DNA of 64,000 nt, from the NCBI GenBank assembly GCA_964531375.1, contig CAZHDO010000002.1, forward strand, positions 21,469 to 85,468. The letters are read 5' to 3'. Positions 20,464-29,738 of this stretch are shown here, piece after piece. A program made the translations under genes and the position numbers. The stretch comes from an uncultured Candidatus Saccharibacteria bacterium (GTDB taxonomy: Bacteria > Patescibacteriota > Minisyncoccia > Phycocordibacterales > UBA12445). How positions within the stretch are numbered: the first letter of the stretch is position 1; each line of letters opens with the position of its first letter. Under the pieces are notes generated by a model, which ran no database searches, was not told where the DNA came from, and saw nothing but the letters and a program-made list of their open reading frames with translations.

Positions 20464-21660
20464 ATGAAATTAGAAAGTTTTGGAGAACAAAAAGGGAAAA
20501 TTAGGGAAATAGACACGAAGAATCCTGAATCTCAAAAAAATATTGAGGTTATGAAAATCCCAGAAATTGTTTTTGAAGAAGACTGCGGGGCGCAAATATT
20601 CTCTTTGATTAGAAAAGCAAGAGAGCCAGAGTGGGGCGAGACAAAAACGGAAATTGCAAGAGAAACCGTTGAATATTTTAAAGAAAATCCACTTGGAAAA
20701 GAACTTAAGGACTACCTTAATTACCTAAAAGAAAATGGTTTTGATGAAGAAACCCTATACAACATGGCTTTAATTTACAAACACGCAGAAAGACAAGAGG
20801 CGATGTTTGATATAGCCAAAAGATATAAACCACATATTAAAATTCCAAGTTCCGAATGGTCAAAAATAACTGAAAATTTTATAGATGAACTTGAAGAGTT
20901 TGATAAATCATTTTTCAGCTCAGATTTGGGTAAAAAATTCAAATCCCAAACGGAAAATGATATACAAGAAAGAATCAAGAAATCGGAGGAAACAAAAAAA
21001 TTAGTTCGGGATTTAATAGCGTTTTTCAAGCCAGATGCCAAAACAACCACAACAAAGAAATTAAATTATATGCCGACAGATTTTCTTTACAAAAAGAACT
21101 CCGGACGAAATTTTCGTTTTGGAAATGAACAGCTGATTACTTCACACATAGAAAATGTCGATAATCAAAAACATGAATTTTTACACGGGGTGATTAACCC
21201 TATCGTTGATAAATTAAAAGATGTTTTAACAATAGAGCAAAAAGAAAAAATATCAAAACTGGCGCGTGAGGGCTTAAAGAAAGATTATGGGGAAAATTAT
21301 TATAGTCTGCTTTGCGAAGAGCTTATTAGAACTTTTAATGATGTCGTTGAAAAAGAGGAAACACCTTATTTTGAAAATTTTAAGATAAAAGTTGAAAATC
21401 TTAAAGAAAATCAATTTCAAGAACACTTACAGAAAGATAACAAATTCAAAGAGGGGTGCAGAGGACTTAGTATAGAAAACCCTGAACAACTTAAAGAAAA
21501 AGTACAATTATTTTTTGATAATTTTGTAAAAAACCCTTTGCGTGAAATAATTTTTGAGATATATCAAAAATATTCTAGAGTTAAAGATGAACCAAGTATT
21601 AATTTCGAAAATTTCTTTTTAAGTAATTTTGTTGAATTTTTAAATAAAAAAATAAAATGA
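20464..21660 (+). CDS. hypothetical protein with HEXXH motif (putative zincin)
   Basis: HEFLH with downstream EELIR. Confidence 0.6.
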   Translation: MKLESFGEQKGKIREIDTKNPESQKNIEVMKIPEIVFEEDCGAQIFSLIRKAREPEWGETKTEIARETVEYFKENPLGKELKDYLNYLKENGFDEETLYNMALIYKHAERQEAMFDIAKRYKPHIKIPSSEWSKITENFIDELEEFDKSFFSSDLGKKFKSQTENDIQERIKKSEETKKLVRDLIAFFKPDAKTTTTKKLNYMPTDFLYKKNSGRNFRFGNEQLITSHIENVDNQKHEFLHGVINPIVDKLKDVLTIEQKEKISKLAREGLKKDYGENYYSLLCEELIRTFNDVVEKEETPYFENFKIKVENLKENQFQEHLQKDNKFKEGCRGLSIENPEQLKEKVQLFFDNFVKNPLREIIFEIYQKYSRVKDEPSINFENFFLSNFVEFLNKKIK

Positions 21661-22094
21661 GAATGCTTTTTGTTTGTAAGGGAAATATGTTTAGAAGCGT
21701 AATGGCAGAAGCCATCTATCGAAAAATAACAGGCAGTCGGGGTGTCATTTCGGCTGGCACGTATGTTGGGGCACCAGACGAACCAGAAGGCCGTATTTTG
21801 TCCGATTTATATGCCGAAGATTCCAAATTTTTTAAAATTATGGACGAGCATGGTATAAATATTCGAGACAAAAGAACAAAAAGACTAACACCTAAAATGG
21901 TAAACGATGCCGACATAGTAGTCTCGATGGCACAAGAGCCATTTATTCCCGATTTCCTTAAAAATAATAAAAAAGTAATCTGGTGGCAAATTGCCGACCC
22001 AGATAGCCATACCATAGATTTTCTTGAAGAAACTTATAGAAAACTAGAGACACTTATAACCGAACTCGTTAAAAAAAATAATCAAACCTCATAA
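21657..22094 (+). CDS. low-molecular-weight phosphatase/arsenate reductase family
   Basis: LFVCKGNMFRS.MAEA, SAGT and IADP motifs. Confidence 0.85.
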   Translation: MRMLFVCKGNMFRSVMAEAIYRKITGSRGVISAGTYVGAPDEPEGRILSDLYAEDSKFFKIMDEHGINIRDKRTKRLTPKMVNDADIVVSMAQEPFIPDFLKNNKKVIWWQIADPDSHTIDFLEETYRKLETLITELVKKNNQTS

Positions 22095-22135
22095 ACCATG
22101 CTAAAATTGAATTTTTAATGTATTTTTAAAATAAG

Positions 22136-22288
22136 ATGAAAAATAATCCAGAAAATCCAAATATAAAACAAAACAGTAAAGAAGAGGAAAAACTAGAATA
22201 TGACAAGAAGTTTTGGATTAAAATGTCTTTGGTTTTGAGTTTGCTTTTTCCTGAAGTAAGCGGGGGGGGGTGCGAGAAATGCTCATAA
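22136..22288 (+). CDS. short ORF, probably the N-terminus of the downstream zincin split at a G9 tract
   Basis: MKNNPENP...FWIKMSLVLSLLFPEVSGGG; joins the 22270 frame if the tract is G10 or G7. Confidence 0.5.
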   Translation: MKNNPENPNIKQNSKEEEKLEYDKKFWIKMSLVLSLLFPEVSGGGCEKCS

Positions 22289-23298
22289 AAACAGAAAAGG
22301 TTAAGATTATAAAATCGCACGAGGCCACAAAAGAAGACCGAGAAAGCAACAAGTACTCAAAAGAAATACAAAAAGAAGCGGTCTTGGAAATATTTATGAG
22401 AGGGAGGTCTTATGGCAAAACTCGTGCGGAAAACATAAAACTCAACCCAGAAAATAACCCGAAAAAAGAACCAAAAATTGAAGTTCCTGATGATTTCATA
22501 ATCCCAGGGGCCAAAGAAATGATCACCTCGGCCATAAACAAGCTTCCACAGACAATAACGACAAACATAAGAAGTATTACCTGTACTAATGAAAAAAGAG
22601 AACTGCCAGATGATCTAGGTATAAAAGGTTTTGAGCTTGCACATGCAGATTTTAACGGAAATATTTTCATTACAGGCGGCATTTCTCAAGAAAAAAACTT
22701 AGTGCTAGATAAAATAATTTTTCATGAATGCGGGCACTTTTGTTTCGAATACAACGCGCTACTATCCGACGAAGAAAAATTTAGCCTTATTAATAAAATA
22801 AAAAATAGGGTTATTTCGAGCGATAATTTTTGGAGCAATTATGTGTCACAGATTAAAAATAAAGATAAAAAAACAGAACTTTTAAGAAAAACAGTGGAAT
22901 ATTTTTCCGAAATTATTTCCGCATACTATATGAATAACCCATCGTTGCCTGAAGAAGATGTCGCCATACTAAAAGAATTTCGAATTATCACAGAAGAAAC
23001 TGAAAACTACAAAAAAGCAATAATAAAATTAGCTTCTATTGAAACATATGTTCGTATTTATTATCAAAAGTTCAACCCACAAAACCGTGACTCTATTACC
23101 AAAATACTAAAAGCAAGACGACTAGAGGTTGATAATATTAAAGAAGAAGCTACTTCTCTTTTTAATAAAAAAGAAGAAGATTACGCTGGCGACCTGAACA
23201 AACTAGAAATGGAAATTATAAAAACAATAAATGACGTCAATGTGGAGATTGAAAAAGAAATAGAAAAAGACAAAAACCAACACAAAAAAGTTAAATAA
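22270..23298 (+). CDS. putative zincin metallopeptidase (HEXXH)
   Basis: HECGH with downstream EYFSE. Confidence 0.6.
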   Translation: MREMLIKTEKVKIIKSHEATKEDRESNKYSKEIQKEAVLEIFMRGRSYGKTRAENIKLNPENNPKKEPKIEVPDDFIIPGAKEMITSAINKLPQTITTNIRSITCTNEKRELPDDLGIKGFELAHADFNGNIFITGGISQEKNLVLDKIIFHECGHFCFEYNALLSDEEKFSLINKIKNRVISSDNFWSNYVSQIKNKDKKTELLRKTVEYFSEIISAYYMNNPSLPEEDVAILKEFRIITEETENYKKAIIKLASIETYVRIYYQKFNPQNRDSITKILKARRLEVDNIKEEATSLFNKKEEDYAGDLNKLEMEIIKTINDVNVEIEKEIEKDKNQHKKVK

Positions 23299-23299
23299 A

Positions 23300-23761
23300 A
23301 TGAAAAAAATAATTATTGTATTTGATAAATTTTTATTTCTGCGCATGTTTGTTTTTTTAAATGATGGAATGTTTTATGCCGAATATTACTCTGTAGGGAC
23401 CGAGAGAAAAGAAGATGAAAATAAAATAGAAAATTTAAATAGATTAGTGACCGAAAATAAAGTAAAGATAATCGGATTAGAACCAGAGATAGGGGACAAG
23501 AAATCCGTTTTTTACACAAAAGACGTTAATTTAACTGACCCAAATTTCATAAATGCAGTTGAACAATATCTAACCGACGGAGAGTTATTTTCCAAGATAA
23601 TTCCTGAAGAAACAAAAAAGATGTTTCTTTTCCTAGAAGAAAGAAAGCTTACCTTGGAAATTAAAAAGGAACTATATTCAAAAATACTAAATTCCAACGA
23701 CGATTTCATATTAAATATGTCCAATCTAGTCAACAAGGCCGAAGAGACATTTAAAAAATAA
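23300..23761 (+). CDS. hypothetical protein
   Basis: 153 aa ORF starting right after the upstream stop. Confidence 0.6.
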   Translation: MKKIIIVFDKFLFLRMFVFLNDGMFYAEYYSVGTERKEDENKIENLNRLVTENKVKIIGLEPEIGDKKSVFYTKDVNLTDPNFINAVEQYLTDGELFSKIIPEETKKMFLFLEERKLTLEIKKELYSKILNSNDDFILNMSNLVNKAEETFKK

Positions 23762-23837
23762 AGAAACGGGTTGTGTTTATTGTATGATGTGATAATATGA
23801 TGACGTAATATATAAATTACTAAATAATACAAAAAAA

Positions 23838-24062
23838 ATGACCACAATATCTGTTCCCTTACCACAAGACTTGATTGCATATATAGAATCCGTAATCGAC
23901 ATGAACGAGGCAGAGACAAAAGCTGAAGTAGTAAGAAAAGCACTAAGAAAAATGAGGGAAGACGACTTAGTCGACAATCTACTAAAGGCAGAGCAGGAAT
24001 ATAAAAATGGGAAAACTCTAAAAGGTGACCTCCGAAAGCTACTAGGAGAAAATAATAAATAA
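23838..24062 (+). CDS. ribbon-helix-helix antitoxin
   Basis: TTISVPLP...KAEVVRKALR RHH pattern, immediately upstream of a toxin. Confidence 0.75.
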   Translation: MTTISVPLPQDLIAYIESVIDMNEAETKAEVVRKALRKMREDDLVDNLLKAEQEYKNGKTLKGDLRKLLGENNK

Positions 24063-24323
24063 ATGAAAATCCATTATTCCTCTACTTTTTTCAAGAAAGT
24101 AAAAAGACTGGAAATTGACCTCCAAGAGGAAGTTTTAGAAAAAATAGAACTCATAAAAAACGGGAATAGCGCCAAACGTCTTAAAATCCACAAACTCCAC
24201 GGGCGACTCGGTAAAAGCTATGGTCTTTCAATAAATTATAAAATTAGGGCCATTTTTTACCACGAAAAGAATGGGGATATTGTATTTTTTGACGTAGGCG
24301 AACATGATCAAGTCTATAGATAA
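24063..24323 (+). CDS. RelE/YafQ-family toxin
   Basis: 86 aa basic protein with HKLHGRL, SINYKIR and VGEHDQVY. Confidence 0.8.
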   Translation: MKIHYSSTFFKKVKRLEIDLQEEVLEKIELIKNGNSAKRLKIHKLHGRLGKSYGLSINYKIRAIFYHEKNGDIVFFDVGEHDQVYR

Positions 24324-24335
24324 CACTATATATAA

Positions 24336-25130
24336 ATGGACGAATATTTTTCACCAAAAAAATCGCTGGGGCAAAACTTTCTGACGTCAGAAGGTGCACT
24401 CCAAAAAATAGTTGAGACTGCGGAAATCAATGAAAATGATGTGATTTTGGAAGTCGGACCAGGGAAGGGCGCTTTGACACTTGAACTTCTACATAAAAAA
24501 CCCAAAAAAATACTAGCAATAGAAAAGGACAAGGAACTTACACCACTTCTAGAAGAAAATTTTAAAAAATATACAGACGAAGGAATTTTAGACATACAAA
24601 ATGGTGATATTCTCGATTTTGAACCAGAAGATAACCCAACCTTAAAAGATGGCTATAAAATAGTCGCAAATATTCCTTATTACATTACCGGTCATTTTAT
24701 TAGAAAATTTCTAACAACACAGAATAAACCCTCAAAGATGGTGATTCTTGTGCAAAAAGAAGTAGCAGAAAGAATTGTAGCAAGAGACGACAAAGAAAGC
24801 CTGCTTTCTATAAGCGTGAAGGTGTTTGGCGAGCCAAAATACATAACGACCGTTAAAAAGGGCTCATTCTTCCCAGTGCCGAATGTTGATTCTGCAGTCC
24901 TACTTATAGATAAAATCAAAAGAGACTCCGATATTAAAGATGGTGATAGATTTTTTCAAATACTACACGCGGGGTTTGCCCAAAAAAGAAAAATGCTATT
25001 AGGAAACCTAGCCGACACGTTCGGAGGAAGGGAGCAGGCCGAGCAAAAACTTAACATTTGTAAAATAGACACAAAGAAAAGAGCAGAGGATATAAAACTA
25101 GAAGACTGGCTCTGTTTAGCGAATAAATAA
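24336..25130 (+). CDS. rsmA: 16S rRNA dimethyltransferase
   Basis: KKSLGQNFL, EVGPGKG, ANIPYYIT and QKEVAERI motifs. Confidence 0.95.
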   Translation: MDEYFSPKKSLGQNFLTSEGALQKIVETAEINENDVILEVGPGKGALTLELLHKKPKKILAIEKDKELTPLLEENFKKYTDEGILDIQNGDILDFEPEDNPTLKDGYKIVANIPYYITGHFIRKFLTTQNKPSKMVILVQKEVAERIVARDDKESLLSISVKVFGEPKYITTVKKGSFFPVPNVDSAVLLIDKIKRDSDIKDGDRFFQILHAGFAQKRKMLLGNLADTFGGREQAEQKLNICKIDTKKRAEDIKLEDWLCLANK

Positions 25131-25154
25131 CAACCCGACTTGTCTATATTTTTA

Positions 25155-25181
25155 CCTTTTGGAAACGACGTTTCCAAAAGG
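25155..25181. repeat. REP-like palindrome, copy 1
   Basis: CCTTTTGGAAAC-GAC-GTTTCCAAAAGG. Confidence 0.85.
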
Positions 25182-25224
25182 CAAAATGGTTTATTTTTTA
25201 TTTATTTTGTGGTAAATTTAACAT

Positions 25225-25443
25225 GTGAAAAAGTTAAATCTTAAAAACATAATCTGGAAAGAAGGCAAACACTACGTTGGTCAGTGTCTTAACGTTGATG
25301 TTTCAAGCTTTGGGAATACAAAAAAGGAGGCACTAAAAAATCTTGACGAGGCAATTGAGCTTTATTTTGAGGGTACTGATAAAATTGATTTCACCAAAGT
25401 TGTCCGTCCGGAAATTATTGCACTCTCAGTAAAATATGCCTAA
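25225..25443 (+). CDS. HicB-family antitoxin (short)
   Basis: SSFGNTKKEALKNLDEAIELY motif. Confidence 0.8.
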   Translation: MKKLNLKNIIWKEGKHYVGQCLNVDVSSFGNTKKEALKNLDEAIELYFEGTDKIDFTKVVRPEIIALSVKYA

Positions 25444-25648
25444 ATTTTACTCTTCTAACCACATCATTAAAACCCTTGAAAGAAAGTGTTTTTGCTTTAT
25501 TTCACAAAAAGGTAGCCACGCTAAATATTATTCTGAAGCCTTTAAAAATACCGTTATTATTCCGACCGAAAGAAAACAAATTCCATTTGGAACATTTAAA
25601 TCGATACTTAGACAATCTGGACTTAAAAAAGAGGACTTCGAAAAATAG
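25436..25648 (+). CDS. HicA-family toxin
   Basis: SQKGSH and IPFGTFKSILRQSGL motifs. Confidence 0.85.
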   Translation: MPKFYSSNHIIKTLERKCFCFISQKGSHAKYYSEAFKNTVIIPTERKQIPFGTFKSILRQSGLKKEDFEK

Positions 25649-25692
25649 CACGCGGGAATAACTCAACCGAAAAGTAACATTTTACCTTAAAA

Positions 25693-25751
25693 TTATCCAC
25701 AGTTTTGGCTTTTGGAAACGACGTTTCCAAAAGGGGATTAAGTTATCCACA
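25693..25751 (+). promoter_or_regulatory. two perfect DnaA boxes around palindrome copy 2
   Basis: TTATCCACA at 25693-25701 and 25743-25751; TTGCTT...TATAAT promoter-like sequence at ~25772-25798. Confidence 0.6.
25709..25734. repeat. REP-like palindrome, copy 2
   Basis: CTTTTGGAAACGACGTTTCCAAAAGG, identical to 25156-25181. Confidence 0.85.
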
Positions 25752-25832
25752 TCTTTATCCGGAATTCGTACTTGCTTTTCAAAAGAAGTGTTATAATAAA
25801 TTGGGGATTATTGTTTCCCATTTTATAATATT

Positions 25833-26582
25833 ATGGATATTCTTCCTGGCGAAAATTTCTTTAAACGAGTGCTTATTTTAACGCTAATAACAGGCGGTTA
25901 CTTTTATTTTTCTTCTGGCACAAGAGCTAATATTACAAATACAGAAAATGGTACCATTCAAAAAATTGGAAATGCTGTGGTTTTTTCAAGAAACAAAGAT
26001 TCTGGTTCACCAAAGATGAACGAAATTAATGATTTGAATATCGTTAGCCAAAACCCAGAAACAAGCACCGCCAGTGTTTCAAACGCAATAAACCCAAACA
26101 ACCTTACTCAACTAAAGCTTTCTGATTTAAATATTGATAATAACAACACCACAAAAGACCTACAAACATACGCCAAAAACCTTTCTCTTGCTTTGAAGCC
26201 TTATTCTACTGATGGAATTCCAAACGAACTTGACCTTATGCTTCAGGTCGCAAAAAACCTGGACAATACCGCACTAAATAAAATAAGACTTTTATCACAA
26301 TTCCACGCTTTAATAGCCAAAGATCTCTCAAATATACAAGTTCCAAGCAGTGCTGGATGGAGACATTTAAATCTCACAAACAATTGCCTTAAAATTTCCT
26401 ATTTAGATAGCCAAATCGCAAACAATATCAACGACCCAAAGAAATTACCCTTATTATTAAACGATTTTCAAACTGAGACAAAATTATTCATTTCTACGAT
26501 AAACGACCTTAATCAGTTTTTCCTAGATAAAAAAATTATCTTTAACGACAACAACGCAATTTCAATAAAGCTAAAATTTTAA
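25833..26582 (+). CDS. membrane-anchored hypothetical protein, first gene of the T4SS-like operon
   Basis: N-terminal hydrophobic helix and Asn-rich body. Confidence 0.65.
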   Translation: MDILPGENFFKRVLILTLITGGYFYFSSGTRANITNTENGTIQKIGNAVVFSRNKDSGSPKMNEINDLNIVSQNPETSTASVSNAINPNNLTQLKLSDLNIDNNNTTKDLQTYAKNLSLALKPYSTDGIPNELDLMLQVAKNLDNTALNKIRLLSQFHALIAKDLSNIQVPSSAGWRHLNLTNNCLKISYLDSQIANNINDPKKLPLLLNDFQTETKLFISTINDLNQFFLDKKIIFNDNNAISIKLKF

Positions 26583-29500
26583 ATGATCAATATTTTTGGG
26601 CACAAACCAATAAAATTACAACAAAAAGGTAAAACCCCTTATTCTTCGTCATTGCGAGCTGTGGGCGAAGCAATCCAGGATCCAGCACAATTAAATCTGG
26701 ATTGCCGCGGGCTACGCCCTCGCAATGACATATGGATAAAGTCTGTCTTTTATTCAACACTCGTTTTTACCGTCATAAGTGCGTCCATCTTTTCTTATTC
26801 CGCAAATAATTCCTTTGCCTCGACACTACCAATGGGGAACACCCCTGCAAATACGGCTGAAATTACTCAGATTGCGGCACTAGAAATAGGCAAACTTGTT
26901 CCAATTTTCCAGAAAATTAGAGAAATGGGAATAGAAGGAACCTTAGCAAATGGCAATCCAGAGACAATTAGAAAATTTAAAGAACTACAACCAATACTCG
27001 ACAGGCTTGCACCAGGCACAATGGACTCATTGAGCCAACTGCAAAACAACGTAAACGGTTATGCAAAACTTACTTTCTTAACAAAGGATCTGGCAAAAAA
27101 TCCTGAAATTGAAAAAATTAATCAAATATATGCGCTAACCCAATCGGTCAAAAACCTTGGCCAGGCGCAAGATATCAACGGTTTTATGAGTGCTGCTCAA
27201 GGACTCGCCGGAGTTCTACCAGGTCTAAGCCAAACACTTCCACAGATCCAACAAGGAATGAGCCTGATAAATCAATTCGCTGGGGCGCTCGGTGGCAACC
27301 AAACTCAAATCGCCATAAGTAAAATAGAATCGATGTCGAAACCTGGGGGCGCTCTTACCACTGCTCTATCCGGAGCTGGTACAGTTGGTCTTGGTGGGCA
27401 ATCACAATCCCTTTCGCAAATTTTAGGCGAACTTGATGAAGTCGACAAAATACTCAATGAAACTTTGCTAGCAGCAGATTATGACCTTTTTGCGGGTATG
27501 GACCCCCTCATTTCAAACCCAGAAGATATCGTCGGAGCAATGACCAGTGCACAAAAAGAGGCAATGAGTAAAAATAATCCTACCGGTCAAGGTGGTTGTC
27601 AGGGGGTACCAGCGGGACAAAATTCTCAAACAGGACAATACACAGGAAGTGGAAGTGGTGCCACAACAGCTTATCTTAAGGGCGCGGCTACACAATTCAT
27701 ACAAAATGGCGGAGTAAATGGAATTGTTCAACAAGGTTTAAGCGCGGTTTCTAATGCAGGCGTTAGTGGAATAGGCAATACCATAAGCGGTATCACTGGC
27801 GGGCTAACTCAGGCCACTGGACTACTTGGATCCACAGGAAGCCAATCAAATTCCTACATTAGTGCAATGACAAAAGGAATTACAGGTTTTACCGATGCAT
27901 ATGGCTCCGTATCAAGCGCACTTGGACTATCTGGCGGAGGGAGCAATGGTGTGCCTGTCATAGAACAACCAGGTCAGCTCATCAACTGGACAGGCGAAAT
28001 CAAAGACACAAACCAAAAAATCTGCGAAATCACACAGGCTATTCTTTCGGTTGAATTAAATATGTGGAACAAATTGACAAAGACTGACCCAGAACAGGCC
28101 AAAAAATCCGAAGATGCTTTTATTGCAACGAAAAAGGTAATAGAAAGGCAAAACAACGAGGACCGCAAGCCTCTCGACAACATTACAGGGCAAGGCCAAA
28201 ATTTCTATTCACCCGACACCTATCTATCACAAGCAATAAATGTTGGGCGAGCAATATACGAAAACGCTCTAAAGGGACTCTCTAGTCTAAATTATATAAG
28301 TCCGACAGCCAAGGACGACATGGTTCTAAAATTTAAACAGCAATCCGCGATAGAGCAGGGTGGGGCGAGAGCTAAGTACTTAGCAGCGACAACACCAACT
28401 TTTGATACATACAAATGGGTTACCGAAAGAACTACCAACCCTTTAACATTCCTCAATGGATTAATAAAAGTAGCTGAACCAAGAAACAACGTCATTGGAA
28501 ACCTTATGCTTCAAAACGAAGCCAGACAAGTAATGTTGGCTGACTATGAAAAGGAAGCTGAACTAAAATTAAAATACAGCTGGTTACCAGAAGAAACTTG
28601 CGACGTACCAGTTACAACTGACGACGGAAGAGTCGTTTGCGAAAAATCACACATTACAGTACCTGCAAGTATAAAGTCTGGAACAGCTCAAAAACTAAAA
28701 GACGGCTTAATTGAAAATACGCTTAACTCAAAACTTGCTGGACAAGACACACTAACCTTAATAAACCAGCTTCCGGCAGAAAACAAAATTGGCCAAGATG
28801 CTGAATATGCAAACTGGGAAGAATATAATTTAGCAAACACCGAAGCAAGCCCAGCAGACAACCCAGGCAACATAGGAGCCGGTGGTGGAGGTGGGGGTGG
28901 AAGTGGTGGTGGAAATGCAAACACTTCAAAACCATTAACACTAACCGAAATCAACACTATTCTTAATCAATTGCAAGGAATAACTGGAAGCGACACACAC
29001 GACCAAGGAGGAGATTCTTCTGAGCTATCGGAAGCTCCTGCTATAAATATCTCGATGTCTAAAGAAGACCTTGGCGATTCTGTGAGAATTTCCTGGAATG
29101 CAGATGGCGCTGAATCATGCAAAGCAGGCAATGATTGGCCAAACTATCTCGAAAACAACATTAACGGAAGCATAACAACCCCAATAAACTCAGATTTGGT
29201 CACGATGGATGAAATGGTAATCACCAAGCCAACCTTATTTACTTTTAAACCATACATTTCTGGCACAGACGATAGACAAATAAACGCACCACAGCCTTTT
29301 AATAAAACTTACTCAAAGGAAGGGGACTATCTAATAGAAACAGTTACCTATAAGCCAAACATAACCGGACTTATATCTGCTGACATTGTATTCTTAAACT
29401 TAAACGGCAAGGCTGTCTACATTACAGCAGGAGGTGAAGACGACTATATTTCTGCGTCGGACATTGTTAAGAGATTAATAACAACCTTAAATGACAAAGG

Positions 29501-29735
29501 TCTCTCCACAGACAAAGTAAGCGAATTTGCTCAATATACAATAAAACAAACGTATGACAGCCTTGTTATTTCAAAGAAAACAAAAATTTCCTCGACAGCA
29601 ATCGCTAGCATAAAAGGCGACCCACAATCGACAGCCCCAATCGGACTCCAGACAAGTTATGACTACAAAATTACCTGCAGTAACGCAATAGGCGACACAG
29701 CTGAAAGTAAAATAACAGTTGATTTTTTCAAATAA
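26583..29735 (+). CDS. large secreted Gly-rich protein in the T4SS-like cluster
   Basis: 1050 aa, signal-like segment ending NNSFA, Gly/Ser-rich middle; TAAATG junction with the upstream gene. Confidence 0.7.
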   Translation: MINIFGHKPIKLQQKGKTPYSSSLRAVGEAIQDPAQLNLDCRGLRPRNDIWIKSVFYSTLVFTVISASIFSYSANNSFASTLPMGNTPANTAEITQIAALEIGKLVPIFQKIREMGIEGTLANGNPETIRKFKELQPILDRLAPGTMDSLSQLQNNVNGYAKLTFLTKDLAKNPEIEKINQIYALTQSVKNLGQAQDINGFMSAAQGLAGVLPGLSQTLPQIQQGMSLINQFAGALGGNQTQIAISKIESMSKPGGALTTALSGAGTVGLGGQSQSLSQILGELDEVDKILNETLLAADYDLFAGMDPLISNPEDIVGAMTSAQKEAMSKNNPTGQGGCQGVPAGQNSQTGQYTGSGSGATTAYLKGAATQFIQNGGVNGIVQQGLSAVSNAGVSGIGNTISGITGGLTQATGLLGSTGSQSNSYISAMTKGITGFTDAYGSVSSALGLSGGGSNGVPVIEQPGQLINWTGEIKDTNQKICEITQAILSVELNMWNKLTKTDPEQAKKSEDAFIATKKVIERQNNEDRKPLDNITGQGQNFYSPDTYLSQAINVGRAIYENALKGLSSLNYISPTAKDDMVLKFKQQSAIEQGGARAKYLAATTPTFDTYKWVTERTTNPLTFLNGLIKVAEPRNNVIGNLMLQNEARQVMLADYEKEAELKLKYSWLPEETCDVPVTTDDGRVVCEKSHITVPASIKSGTAQKLKDGLIENTLNSKLAGQDTLTLINQLPAENKIGQDAEYANWEEYNLANTEASPADNPGNIGAGGGGGGGSGGGNANTSKPLTLTEINTILNQLQGITGSDTHDQGGDSSELSEAPAINISMSKEDLGDSVRISWNADGAESCKAGNDWPNYLENNINGSITTPINSDLVTMDEMVITKPTLFTFKPYISGTDDRQINAPQPFNKTYSKEGDYLIETVTYKPNITGLISADIVFLNLNGKAVYITAGGEDDYISASDIVKRLITTLNDKGLSTDKVSEFAQYTIKQTYDSLVISKKTKISSTAIASIKGDPQSTAPIGLQTSYDYKITCSNAIGDTAESKITVDFFK
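26648..26729. repeat. RPE/REP-like palindromic element inside a CDS
   Basis: Terminal inverted repeat GTCATTGCGAG...CTCGCAATGAC and inner inverted repeat GCAATCCAG...CTGGATTGC. Confidence 0.85.
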
Positions 29736-29738
29736 AAA

